NCBI GenBank assembly: GCA_947626655.1
Contig: CANQTA010000001.1
Coordinates: forward strand, 22,750-86,749
Source of the DNA: an uncultured Bacilli bacterium
Lineage (GTDB): Bacteria; Bacillota_I; Bacilli_A; RF39; UBA660
DNA length: 64,000 nucleotides
Direction of reading: 5' to 3'
Shown: positions 39,997-49,047 of the stretch, piece after piece
How positions within the stretch are numbered: the first letter of the stretch is position 1
How the letters are laid out: every line of letters begins with the position of its first letter
The notes under the pieces: generated by a model
Database searches by the model: none
What the model was told of the DNA's origin: nothing
The model's input: the letters and a program-made list of their open reading frames with translations, nothing else
Program-made: the position numbers and the translations under genes

Positions 39997-40733
39997 ATGG
40001 AATTGAGTTTAGTTAAAAAGGCGTTAATTACCCCAAAAAAGATGAATTTATCAGGAAATTTATATCATAAAACTCAAATAGATTTTGCTTATAATAATAA
40101 TTATATTGAAGGCTCAACTATAACACCAGATGAAACAGCTAGTATTTATGATACAGGGACAATTTTAACAAGTCAGGATAAAGTAATTGTTTTAAAAGAT
40201 GCAACCGAAATCAAAAATCATTTTACTTTATTCAAATATATGTTAGATACAATTGATGATAAACTTTCTGAAAGCATGATTAAAAAATTTCATTTTATCT
40301 TAAAAGATGGTACTTTAAGTGATAGTGAAAAAGAATGGTTTAATGTGGGCGAATATAAAAGTAAGAAAAATTTTGTTGGTAATATTACTACTTCTTCATC
40401 CAAAAATGTTGCCAAAGATATGCAAAAACTTCTTAATTGATATGATAAGATTGCTAAAAAAGCATAGAAGATATTATAGAATTTCATGTTCGCTTTGAAA
40501 GTATTCATCCTTTTCAAGATGGAAATGGGAGAGTTGGCAGAATGATTATGTTTAGAGAATGCTTATATAATGACATAATGCCTTTTTATATTGAAGATAG
40601 AAATAAAGACTTCTATATTAGAGGCATTAAAGAATATCAAACTAATCACGAAAAAGGTTATTTAATCGATACATGTTTAAATAGTCAAGATAATTATGAA
40701 AAGCTAGCTAAATATTTTTTAGAAGATGATTAA
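39997..40733 (+). pseudogene. fic: Fic/Doc-family (AMPylase/toxin) gene disrupted by frameshift and stop codons
   Basis: The N-terminal ORF 39997..40440 ends at TGA. The Fic active-site motif HPFQDGNGRVGR (HPFx[DE]GNGRxxR) is read in a different frame (40458..40733), with in-frame stops at 40438 and 40455. Confidence 0.65.
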
Positions 40734-40840
40734 TATTTAAATTTTAAAAAACAGACTTAATTTCCGAATATGAATTTTAATATTCATTTTGTTGAAAACC
40801 CCATTTTCGGAGCTTGCCTCGCACAAACCGCGAGACAAGC

Positions 40841-42196
40841 TTAACTGCTTTGCAAATTTATTCTCCATGGACTTTCTTTACTTCCATCTCCACTTTTGAT
40901 TGTCGCTTCTGATTTGAGTACAAGGACCGGACGCACGCCATAGCTGTAGTAGTTCACGCTGACGCAGCTCACATAACCACTACTGCCGACAGTCAACGCA
41001 TAGTACGTAGCGTCGGCTTGGCGAGAAAGCGTCCATTCATTTACTCCATTATACAACCAATTCTCACTTCGATTTTCTTTTGTATTATAATAAAATAATT
41101 GAGTACTCCAATTACTTGGGGCTGATGCATAACCATACTCTGTAACATACATCAATCCTACTTTACTTGTTTGATATAATAAGGCATCTGTACATTGTAC
41201 ATAACTTTGTGAGTTATCTGTACATTGGCTTGATGAACTTGTTAATTTATTTGCTCCTAATTCATTATCATATGCTGCTTTCATACTACTTTGTCTTGTT
41301 ATATTATTATACGTATTTCCTCCAATATACCACTTTGTATTTTCTATTAAACTCGTATATGAGCTTAAACTTGTTAAATAATTTCCACTTTCATTGTTTA
41401 ATGTCTTATTCAATGTACTTGATATCCAGTTATTCCATGTAATAGAACTATTTCCACTCCAATAAAAACCTACTGCATTTGTTACATCTGCTCTTGGAGT
41501 ATAATCTGTTGCTGTTGTATATTGTGATAATATTTTTGATGTTAATCCTCCTCCTAATTCAGCTTCTGTTATATACTCACTTTTTATTATCTTCATTTCA
41601 TATTTTGTTGGCTCTCCTTCTTTTGGAAACCATCCTATTACTCGATATAATTTAGTTGTATCACATACTCCATCACCATTATTATTACCATCTAAACATA
41701 CATAATTATTTGGATTATTGCCTGCAAATCGATAACTATTATCTCCAGCTTCATTAGCACCATATGTTCCTTTTCCATCATGATATACTAAATATCCATC
41801 ACCAGTTGATAATTTAGTAGTATCATCTACATATTCTGGTAATACTTTTGATACTTTTAAATCAAAATACAAATAACAATAAGCTGTTATTCCTGTATCT
41901 ACAGTTGCTATATGATTTTCTTCATCATATGTTAAGATTTCTTCTTCTATTTTATTACCATCACCATCTATACATCCTGACATTGTTTTATTAAATGTAT
42001 ATCCTTCTTCTGGCCAAGTATTTCTTTCATCGGCTACATAGGTACTTGTTCCATCTTCTTGTTTTTGCTCTAAATACATAGCAAACATATTCTTATCTAC
42101 TATATTATTTAATTTTACATCATATAACTTATTATCTTTTTTAGCAAAAGACATATAGTTTATAATTATAATTGTTAATACCACTGGTATTAACAA
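40841..42196 (-). CDS. surface-protein family paralog 2 (451 aa from an internal TTG); native ATG at 42264 is out of frame because of a 41-bp tandem duplication, putative phase-OFF allele
   Basis: Homologous blocks with 4769.. and 60086.. (YVCLDG..C.TTKLYRVIG, GLMYVTEYGYA, YGVRPVLVLKSEATIKSGDGSKESPW). The track ORF starts at a TTG with no SD. An SD-preceded ATG at 42262-42264 reads MKFNKRYLLLLIPVVLTIKDIFYC* and then terminates. Confidence 0.6.
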   Translation of the reverse strand: MLIPVVLTIIIINYMSFAKKDNKLYDVKLNNIVDKNMFAMYLEQKQEDGTSTYVADERNTWPEEGYTFNKTMSGCIDGDGNKIEEEILTYDEENHIATVDTGITAYCYLYFDLKVSKVLPEYVDDTTKLSTGDGYLVYHDGKGTYGANEAGDNSYRFAGNNPNNYVCLDGNNNGDGVCDTTKLYRVIGWFPKEGEPTKYEMKIIKSEYITEAELGGGLTSKILSQYTTATDYTPRADVTNAVGFYWSGNSSITWNNWISSTLNKTLNNESGNYLTSLSSYTSLIENTKWYIGGNTYNNITRQSSMKAAYDNELGANKLTSSSSQCTDNSQSYVQCTDALLYQTSKVGLMYVTEYGYASAPSNWSTQLFYYNTKENRSENWLYNGVNEWTLSRQADATYYALTVGSSGYVSCVSVNYYSYGVRPVLVLKSEATIKSGDGSKESPWRINLQSS

Positions 42197-42256
42197 TAAA
42201 AGATATCTTTTATTGTTAATACCACTGGTATTAACAATAAAAGATATCTTTTATTG
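42171..42256. repeat. perfect 41-bp tandem duplication (2 copies + 4 bp) containing palindrome TTGTTAATACCACTGGTATTAACAA
   Basis: Unit attgttaataccactggtattaacaataaaagatatctttt occurs at 42171-42211 and again at 42212-42252. 41 is not divisible by 3. The unit encodes the LLLLIPVVLTI signal-anchor segment. Confidence 0.9.
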
Positions 42257-42344
42257 AATTTCATAAACTCTTCTCCTTTTTATTTTTCTATTTCAACTAA
42301 ATTATAATACATTATTATTCTAAAAATCAATAGATTTTAAGCAA

Positions 42345-42932
42345 TTAGTCAACAATATAGTAAACTTGGGGATATTTTAACTTTTCTCTTAAACCATAAG
42401 AAAATATTTCTTTATCTTTAAAAGTATTGATAATATTTTCGTTTAATAGACTATTTAAAATACAAATAAAATCTAAGTTATTGATATCTTTAGTAGTGTT
42501 TAATATATAATTTAAAATACCTATTTTATAAGTTCTATTAGGGACGGAAACTTTTTTGATTAAATTGTTAGAAAAGCTCATTACATAAAGATTTTTAGAA
42601 GAATATTTATTCAATAAATTAATTAACTTATTAAAACTAGTGATGTTTTTTAATTCAATTAAAAAGATTTTAGAACTTTTAATTTTTAAAATACTTTTTA
42701 GAGTAGGAACATATTTAGGCAATTCATAAAGACAAGTAGAACTTATTAATTTACCATTAAATAAATTATTATGAAAAATAACAAATTCATTATCTAAAGT
42801 TTCTCTGACATCAAATTCGACGCCAACATATTTAGAGTCATTAAAAGCATTGAAGATAGCTTCATAAGTATTCTCTTTAATACTTTCGGTATGTAAACCT
42901 CGATGTTTTATTAATTTATACAAAAAAATCAC
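42345..42932 (-). CDS. glycerophosphodiester phosphodiesterase family protein (short, 195 aa)
   Basis: IKHRGLHTES..ENTYEAI......VEFDVRETLDNEFVIFHNN matches the GDPD catalytic HR..E.D..DG..V..HD pattern. Confidence 0.5.
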   Translation of the reverse strand: MIFLYKLIKHRGLHTESIKENTYEAIFNAFNDSKYVGVEFDVRETLDNEFVIFHNNLFNGKLISSTCLYELPKYVPTLKSILKIKSSKIFLIELKNITSFNKLINLLNKYSSKNLYVMSFSNNLIKKVSVPNRTYKIGILNYILNTTKDINNLDFICILNSLLNENIINTFKDKEIFSYGLREKLKYPQVYYIVD

Positions 42933-42965
42933 CTAGTAAAATATACTATGTGACTTAATATTTTA

Positions 42966-43367
42966 TTATTTACTTTTTTGCTTTTTAAACATTAAAGTAA
43001 AAATAATTATGATTAGAAAAAATAAACTAATAGATAAAATTTGAACTTTGTAAAGAGCTAATTCTTCAGGTTTATTTAATTCTAAGCTTTCTTTATAATT
43101 ATTAATACCACTTACTACTTCAGCATTTTTGGTAACATAAAAAGTATAAATGGTTTCTTCTAAATCTTTATTAGTAACTTTTAAATAAACTATATTATCT
43201 TTAGCTAATAATTCATTATCTATTATTTCTAGAGTAGCATCGCTATCTAATTTATAAGTAAATTCTAAAGAATTAATAGTACTATCGACAGTAACGGTAT
43301 AAATATAATTATATTTATCAAATTTTAATTCTAAATTGCCATTTAAGATTTTTAAATCACTGAGCAT
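42966..43367 (-). CDS. small TM-anchored protein with a single cadherin-like beta-sandwich domain (133 aa)
   Basis: LSDLKILNGNLELKFDKYNYIYTVTVDSTINSLEFTYKLDSDATLEII...YTFYVTK follows the same repeat pattern as the 31944.. protein. C-terminal TM LSISLFFLIIIIFTLMF + KKQKSK. Confidence 0.5.
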   Translation of the reverse strand: MLSDLKILNGNLELKFDKYNYIYTVTVDSTINSLEFTYKLDSDATLEIIDNELLAKDNIVYLKVTNKDLEETIYTFYVTKNAEVVSGINNYKESLELNKPEELALYKVQILSISLFFLIIIIFTLMFKKQKSK

Positions 43368-43413
43368 AATATTCCCTTATTCCTAGAGATATTATGCTCA
43401 AATAATAAATTAC

Positions 43414-44517
43414 TTATACTAGTTTTAAGAGAATTTCATTCATTACATAAATTTTATCAGGAGAAATTTTTAAATTACCATCTTGAATGATTAATTCACC
43501 ACTTTTTAAAAGAGGTTTGATTGGAAAAACATTTTGCATATTAACATGATATTTTTGAAAAAAATCTTGAAGATTTATGCCAGCCATTTTTCTTAGACCT
43601 AAGATTAGTTCGTATTCCATCATCCGTTCTTTAGAAACTAATTCATCACTACTTTTAAATTCACCTTTTAAATAATTAGAAAGACTTCTAGTATTATCAT
43701 ATCGCACCCCAGCAATATAACCGGAGGCACCACAGCCAAAGCCATAATACTCTAAATTATGCCAATAAACTAAATTATGTTTTGATTCAAAACCTTTTTT
43801 AGCAAAATTGCTAACTTCATAATGAATAAAGCCAGCTTTTTTTAATTTTTTACAAATATAATCATACATTTTAGCATCAATATCTTCAGGACTACTTTCA
43901 ATTCTTTTATAGCCTAGAAAAGTATTATCTAAAATCATTAAACTATAAGTACTGATATGGTCAATAGGTAACTTTAGAAATAGTTTTAAATCTTGTTTTA
44001 ATATTTTTAAAGTTTCACCTGGTAAAGCATAAATTAAGTCTAAATTAATATTATTAATGCCTTTACTTCTAATTAAATTTAATTTTTCTAAAGTATCTTT
44101 ATAAGAACAGTTTCTTTTCATAAGAATTAAATTTTCTTCATTAAAAGATTCAATGCCAATACTTAAACGATTAACCCCATATTTAACTAAAATATCTAAC
44201 ATTTCGGTATTTATATCTTCAATATTACACTCAAAAGTAAATTCTTGTAAGTTTTCTTTATGAAACATATTAGTTAAATTTAAAAGATATTCTAATTCTT
44301 TTAAAGATAAACTACTAGGGGTACCACCACCAATATAAATGGTTTTTATATTTTCACCCATATAGCGATCAGTAATTTCATCTTTTAATTTTTTTAAATA
44401 AGCTACTACCCATTCTTTGTTATATAAAACTTTACAAAAATCACAATAGGTGCATATACTTTTACAGAAAGGAATATGAATATAAACACTCATTTCATTA
44501 ACGGTGGCGATGGCCAT
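43414..44517 (-). CDS. hemW: radical SAM heme chaperone HemW / oxygen-independent coproporphyrinogen-III oxidase-like
   Basis: HIPFCKSICTYCDFCK CxxxCxxC radical-SAM motif and HemN_C-like C-terminus, 367 aa. Lies downstream of lepA, as in many Firmicutes. Confidence 0.8.
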   Translation of the reverse strand: MAIATVNEMSVYIHIPFCKSICTYCDFCKVLYNKEWVVAYLKKLKDEITDRYMGENIKTIYIGGGTPSSLSLKELEYLLNLTNMFHKENLQEFTFECNIEDINTEMLDILVKYGVNRLSIGIESFNEENLILMKRNCSYKDTLEKLNLIRSKGINNINLDLIYALPGETLKILKQDLKLFLKLPIDHISTYSLMILDNTFLGYKRIESSPEDIDAKMYDYICKKLKKAGFIHYEVSNFAKKGFESKHNLVYWHNLEYYGFGCGASGYIAGVRYDNTRSLSNYLKGEFKSSDELVSKERMMEYELILGLRKMAGINLQDFFQKYHVNMQNVFPIKPLLKSGELIIQDGNLKISPDKIYVMNEILLKLV

Positions 44518-45427
44518 TTCTATACCTCTCTATAAAGTATTCATCGGCATTGTTGGCTTGATTGACATTTATTTTCGCTATATAAGAATTATAATCGCAT
44601 AAATCTTCATAACGCTTTTTTAATTCTGGTTTATCTTTTATATATTCTAATATTCGGTAATTTATATTAGCTCGGTTAATATTAAAAGTCATAGCTAAAG
44701 CATTACCAGATAAAGCATATTTCAATTGATAATTTAAAAGGTCAGCTACTTCTTCTTCACTAATACGATCTGTTGGTTTTCGAGGTTTATTTTTAAATTC
44801 TTTTGCTTTAATATCGGTTATTTTACTAATTACATTTTTAGCAGCAACACGATCATTTAATCTAATTGCTTCTAAATACTCACGATAAAAAGCTAATAAA
44901 TTATGAATTGCTTCTTCTTCATCAGTATAATCATTATTACATAAATAATAGAAAGCTTTAGCTAGACCAGTTTTTTCTTTAACATAATTTGTTAAATCAT
45001 TAAATAATTCATCTTCATCTAAATTGAAAAGATTAGCTAAAATACCTATTTTTACTCGAAAAGTTAAAGCCATATGAAAAAGGGCTTGTACTTGTTTTTC
45101 ACGTTCTTTATAAAAGAATTCAATATTTAATTTCGGATAATTAGTACCTTGATAATTATGAATTTGCGATACTGCTGCGCCTAATTTACGTCCCCAAATC
45201 AAGTTGTCTTTTCTTTGTCTTTGGACTTTTTTATATATTTCTTCCCCATTTTCTGGAAAAGCCTGCATAATAAAATGCTTATTAGTCAATCTTCTTCCAA
45301 CTGTGGCAGCCGAAAGACCTATTCTTTTGGCTAATTCCAAATCAGATAAATTAGTTTCTAAAAATAAATTTACTAACCCTTCTGTTTCTCTTACTGATTT
45401 ATTTATATCATTATATCCATTAAACAT
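44498..45427 (-). CDS. hypothetical HTH-containing protein (309 aa) inserted between lepA and hemW
   Basis: LSDLELAKRIGLSAATVGRRL helix-turn-helix. Its start overlaps the lepA stop and its stop overlaps the hemW start. No other recognisable domain. Confidence 0.45.
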   Translation of the reverse strand: MFNGYNDINKSVRETEGLVNLFLETNLSDLELAKRIGLSAATVGRRLTNKHFIMQAFPENGEEIYKKVQRQRKDNLIWGRKLGAAVSQIHNYQGTNYPKLNIEFFYKEREKQVQALFHMALTFRVKIGILANLFNLDEDELFNDLTNYVKEKTGLAKAFYYLCNNDYTDEEEAIHNLLAFYREYLEAIRLNDRVAAKNVISKITDIKAKEFKNKPRKPTDRISEEEVADLLNYQLKYALSGNALAMTFNINRANINYRILEYIKDKPELKKRYEDLCDYNSYIAKINVNQANNADEYFIERYRNGHRHR

Positions 45428-47232
45428 TATTCATCACTTCCTAATATACTTAAAAATGCTTCGGCTGGTACTTCAACTCTTCCGACCATTTTCATTCGTT
45501 TTTTACCTTCTTTTTGGGCTTCTAATAATTTTCTTTTGCGGGTTATGTCACCACCATAACACTTAGCTAACACATTTTTTCGCATAGCACTAATATTTTC
45601 TCTAGCAATAATTTTAGAACCAATTGCGGCTTGAATACTAACTTGAAACATTTGTCTTGGAATCACTTTCTTCAACTTTTCAGTAATATATTTACCTTTA
45701 TTATAAGCAAAATCTTTATGAATAATTAAAGATAAGGCATCGACTTTTTCCCCATTAAGGAGAATATCCATTTTGACTAAATCACTTTCTTTATAACCAA
45801 TTAATTCATAATCAAATGAGGCATAACCGTTAGTTCGACTTTTTAATTTATCATAAAAATCATAAACAACTTCAGATAGAGGAATTTCATAATGAATATT
45901 AACTCTTGTATCGTTAATATAATCAATGGTTTTATAAAGGCCTCTTTTATTTTGACAAAGTTCCATAATACTGCCAACATAAGATGCAGGAGCAATAATA
46001 TTCGTATAAATAAAAGGTTCTTCAATTTTTAAAATCTTTTCTCTATCAGGCATTTTACTAGGATTATCTACTACTACCATACTGCCATCAGTTAGATAGG
46101 CATTATAGACAACGGTGGGACTAGTTACTACAATATCTAAATTAAATTCTCTTTCTAAGCGGGTGGTAATAATTTCGGAATGTAATAAGCCTAAAAAACC
46201 AGTGTGGAAGCCAAAACCTAAAGCTTCACTTGTTACACTTTCAAAAGTTAAAGAAGCATCATTTAGTTTTAATTTATTTAAAGCTTCTTTTAAAAGATCA
46301 TATTTTGAGGCTTCAACGGGATATATACCAGAATAAACCATTGGTTTCATTTTCGCATAGCCAGCTAAAGGTTCAGTGGCAGGATTATCTAAAACTGTAA
46401 TAGTATCACCGACATGAACACTAGAAATATCTTTAATAGCACCAGCTAAAAAACCTACTTCACCACTCTCTAAAGTATTAAGTAATTCTTCTTTGGGTGT
46501 TTTAACACCTAATTCGGTTACCTCAAAAACTTTATTAGTAGCTAACATTTTAATTTTATCTTTAATTTTAATTTTGCCATCCACAACTTTAATTAATAAA
46601 ACGACACCTTTATAACTATCAAAATATGAATCGTAGATTAAGGCTCTAGTTGGTTTATCTAAATTAACTTGGGGAGCAGGAATTCTTTCGACAATAGCAT
46701 CTAAAAGTTCTTTAACACCTTCGCCAGTTTTACCACTACATAAAATTATTTCTTCTTCTTTAAAACCTAAAATATCATGTAATTCTTTGGTTACTTTAGG
46801 AATATCAGCATTGGGTAAATCTATTTTATTAATAACAGGAATAATCTTTAAATCTTGGGCCATCGCTAAATAAAGATTAGCTAAAGTTTGAGCTTCAATT
46901 CCTTGGGCAGCATCAACAATTAAAATAGCCCCTTCACAGGCTGCAAGACTACGGGATACTTCATAAGAAAAATCGACATGTCCTGGAGTATCAATTAAAT
47001 TTAAAATATATTCTTTATTTTGATATTGATATTTTAATTTAACGGTATTAAGTTTAATTGTTATTCCGCGTTCTCTTTCAATATCCATACTGTCTAAAAG
47101 TTGTTCTTTCATCTCTCTTTTAGATACAGCACCGGTTAATTCTAAAATACGATCAGCTAAAGTGCTTTTCCCATGATCAATATGGGCAATAATTGAAAAA
47201 TTTCGGATATTTTTTTCTTGCATAGCAAACAC
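45427..47232 (-). CDS. lepA: elongation factor 4 (LepA)
   Basis: [21 protein letters not shown]1 motif and DTPGHVDF. The LepA-specific C-terminal domain is present (..GKKRMK..G.V..P), 601 aa. Confidence 0.9.
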   Translation of the reverse strand: MFAMQEKNIRNFSIIAHIDHGKSTLADRILELTGAVSKREMKEQLLDSMDIERERGITIKLNTVKLKYQYQNKEYILNLIDTPGHVDFSYEVSRSLAACEGAILIVDAAQGIEAQTLANLYLAMAQDLKIIPVINKIDLPNADIPKVTKELHDILGFKEEEIILCSGKTGEGVKELLDAIVERIPAPQVNLDKPTRALIYDSYFDSYKGVVLLIKVVDGKIKIKDKIKMLATNKVFEVTELGVKTPKEELLNTLESGEVGFLAGAIKDISSVHVGDTITVLDNPATEPLAGYAKMKPMVYSGIYPVEASKYDLLKEALNKLKLNDASLTFESVTSEALGFGFHTGFLGLLHSEIITTRLEREFNLDIVVTSPTVVYNAYLTDGSMVVVDNPSKMPDREKILKIEEPFIYTNIIAPASYVGSIMELCQNKRGLYKTIDYINDTRVNIHYEIPLSEVVYDFYDKLKSRTNGYASFDYELIGYKESDLVKMDILLNGEKVDALSLIIHKDFAYNKGKYITEKLKKVIPRQMFQVSIQAAIGSKIIARENISAMRKNVLAKCYGGDITRKRKLLEAQKEGKKRMKMVGRVEVPAEAFLSILGSDE

Positions 47233-47352
47233 CTTTTATAATCATACCATAAAATAAAGAATTTTAAAAGTAAATTTAACCGACAACTAATTTGACATAT
47301 TTTGACACATGCTGGAAAATGTGATATAATTAAAAAGATTAAGGGGATTAAT

Positions 47353-48141
47353 ATGCGATATTGTTTGGTAATTTTAAAAAATAATCATATATATGAAATA
47401 CATAATTATTCGCAATTTTGGCATTCAAATAATTTAAACGAAAAAAATTTAAAGGACATTGTTAACTTTACCCATGAATTTGTCAGTGAAGAAGAGCTAT
47501 TAAATTATTTAATTTACTTAAACTTAATACCTAAATCTTATCAAAATGGTACTTTGGGAATTTGTTATTACAAAAATAAGACTGCTCAGCCTAAATTATT
47601 GCCATATGGTCTTTCTTATTCGTTAGATAAAGAATTTTATAATCCCCAAACTCTTCTCTATTATTATATTTTCCATCTTACTAATGAGGAATTTATGACA
47701 GAATTTTTGGAAAAATATTATTTATATTTAAAAAATGTGCCGATTTTTCAAAATTCTTTAGATTTCTTATATTATAACTATCAAAATTTTAAAAGTAATT
47801 ATTTACTAAGAAATGAAGGCGCTATCGAAATGGAATATTTTATTGCTAACTATTCTCGTAAAAAATCTAATCCTTTGGAACAGGATTTTACTCGCCTTCG
47901 TGATTTAGCGATGTTTGCTATTAATTTCCAAAGAAATTTTAAACAAAATAAAGAGATAACCAGAAAAGAAGATAGTTCTTTATTACAATTAGAATTACAA
48001 CATTATGAAACTTTATTAAATAATCCGGATCGTTCTTGGGAAGAATATCAAATATATCAAAAGAAAATTGCCGAACTGCAAACTTTAATAGCAGAAGAAG
48101 AAAAAGAAAATTTGAAAATTTCAAGGAGGTTAAAAAAATGA
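47353..48141 (+). CDS. hypothetical protein (262 aa) with C-terminal coiled coil
   Basis: Promoter ttgaca, 17-nt spacer, tataat at about 47302-47333. RBS aaggggatt, ATG at 47353 (the track ORF begins inside the promoter). The stop overlaps the def start. Confidence 0.45.
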   Translation: MRYCLVILKNNHIYEIHNYSQFWHSNNLNEKNLKDIVNFTHEFVSEEELLNYLIYLNLIPKSYQNGTLGICYYKNKTAQPKLLPYGLSYSLDKEFYNPQTLLYYYIFHLTNEEFMTEFLEKYYLYLKNVPIFQNSLDFLYYNYQNFKSNYLLRNEGAIEMEYFIANYSRKKSNPLEQDFTRLRDLAMFAINFQRNFKQNKEITRKEDSSLLQLELQHYETLLNNPDRSWEEYQIYQKKIAELQTLIAEEEKENLKISRRLKK

Positions 48142-48689
48142 TTTTACCAAAAATTAAAATATTAGATGAAAAAGATAAAACTTTAAGAAAAATAAGTAAA
48201 GAAGTAACTTTTCCTCTAACTGAAGAAGATCAAAAAATAATTGATGATATTATTACTTATTTAACGATGAGTCAAATTGAGAAATATTATACTAAGTATA
48301 ATTTAAGACCGGGGATGGGACTTGCCTTTATTCAATTAGGTATTCCTAAAAATATTTTTGTCATCGTTGAAGAAGTTGATGATGAGAAATTTGAAAATTA
48401 TGTTATTATCAATCCTAAGATGCTTAGCCATAGTGAAGAGTTAATTTATGTCGGTGAGGGTGAAGGCTGTTTATCTGTTAACAGAGAGGTAACTGGAATT
48501 GTACCAAGGTATGCTCGAATGCGCATATCATATCAAGACCGAGATGGTCAAAGACAAGAACTACGGGTGCGGGAAGATTTATCGGTAGCCTTTCAACATG
48601 AAATGGACCATCTAAACGGAATTTTATTTGTTGACAAAATTGATGCCAAAAATCCTTTTAAAGATAAAGAAAAAATGCGCGAAATTTAA
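48138..48689 (+). CDS. def: peptide deformylase
   Basis: GLAFIQLGIPKNIFVI (motif 1), EGCLSV (motif 2) and HEMDHLNG (motif 3). Start at the ATG at 48138 (MILPKIKIL); the track ORF extends upstream into the preceding gene. Confidence 0.85.
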   Translation: MILPKIKILDEKDKTLRKISKEVTFPLTEEDQKIIDDIITYLTMSQIEKYYTKYNLRPGMGLAFIQLGIPKNIFVIVEEVDDEKFENYVIINPKMLSHSEELIYVGEGEGCLSVNREVTGIVPRYARMRISYQDRDGQRQELRVREDLSVAFQHEMDHLNGILFVDKIDAKNPFKDKEKMREI

Positions 48690-48702
48690 CGCATTTTTTA
48701 TT

Positions 48703-49038
48703 TTAACGTATGATTTCTGATTCAAAAAATCTTTCTTGAAATTCAGTTAGAGCTCTAATGGCATCGTCACTATAATTTTTGCTATTTGGTACGACGACTA
48801 GTTTATCATCATTATCATTTAAGCGATGAATTATGGCAATTACTTTTCCCCTGAATTCTGTAACTGGCTCAAATACACCTAAAACATAAACATCTAACTC
48901 TTCTCCATCACCACTTATGGTATTAGGAATATAGCCGTAATTCACTAAATAAATAAAACCATGTTTGGGATGTTTGGAAGCAAGAGGACGATCTATTTTA
49001 ACTAAAACCTCTTGATTTAAATATTTTTTACTATCCAT
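48703..49038 (-). CDS. short inorganic-pyrophosphatase-like protein (111 aa)
   Basis: YLVNYGYIPNTISGDGEELDVYVLG ... GKVIAIIHRLNDNDDKLVVVP resembles the family-I PPase core (YP.NYGFIP.T...DGDPLDVLV...G.V.AV..M.D...D.K...VP). It is only about two-thirds the usual length. Confidence 0.4.
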   Translation of the reverse strand: MDSKKYLNQEVLVKIDRPLASKHPKHGFIYLVNYGYIPNTISGDGEELDVYVLGVFEPVTEFRGKVIAIIHRLNDNDDKLVVVPNSKNYSDDAIRALTEFQERFFESEIIR

Positions 49039-49047
49039 TATAACCTC

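Noticed and set aside
40790-40840. GC-rich hairpin downstream of paralog 2 considered as a tRNA or small RNA gene
   Set aside because: It is too short, with no cloverleaf. It behaves as a stem-loop or terminator and is part of the GC-rich island reported as a finding.
41167-41442. Plus-strand ORF (91 aa, Tyr/Leu-rich) antisense to surface paralog 2; similarly 60442..60636 and 60658..61047 antisense to paralog 3
   Set aside because: Low-complexity Y/L/H-rich translations produced by reading the Thr/Asn/Ser-rich coding strand backwards. There is no RBS, and they lie entirely inside well-supported genes.
42184-42196. TTG start codons used by the ORF track for genes 40841.. and 60086..
   Set aside because: Neither TTG has a Shine-Dalgarno sequence. 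In both cases a canonical SD plus ATG exists about 70 nt upstream and is put out of frame only by the 41-bp duplication, so the TTG starts are ORF-finder artefacts rather than genuine initiation sites.
48036-48137. Upstream extension of the def ORF (track start 48036)
   Set aside because: The extension overlaps the 3' end of the preceding gene in another frame. A proper ATG (MILPKIKIL) at 48138 matches the deformylase N-terminus.
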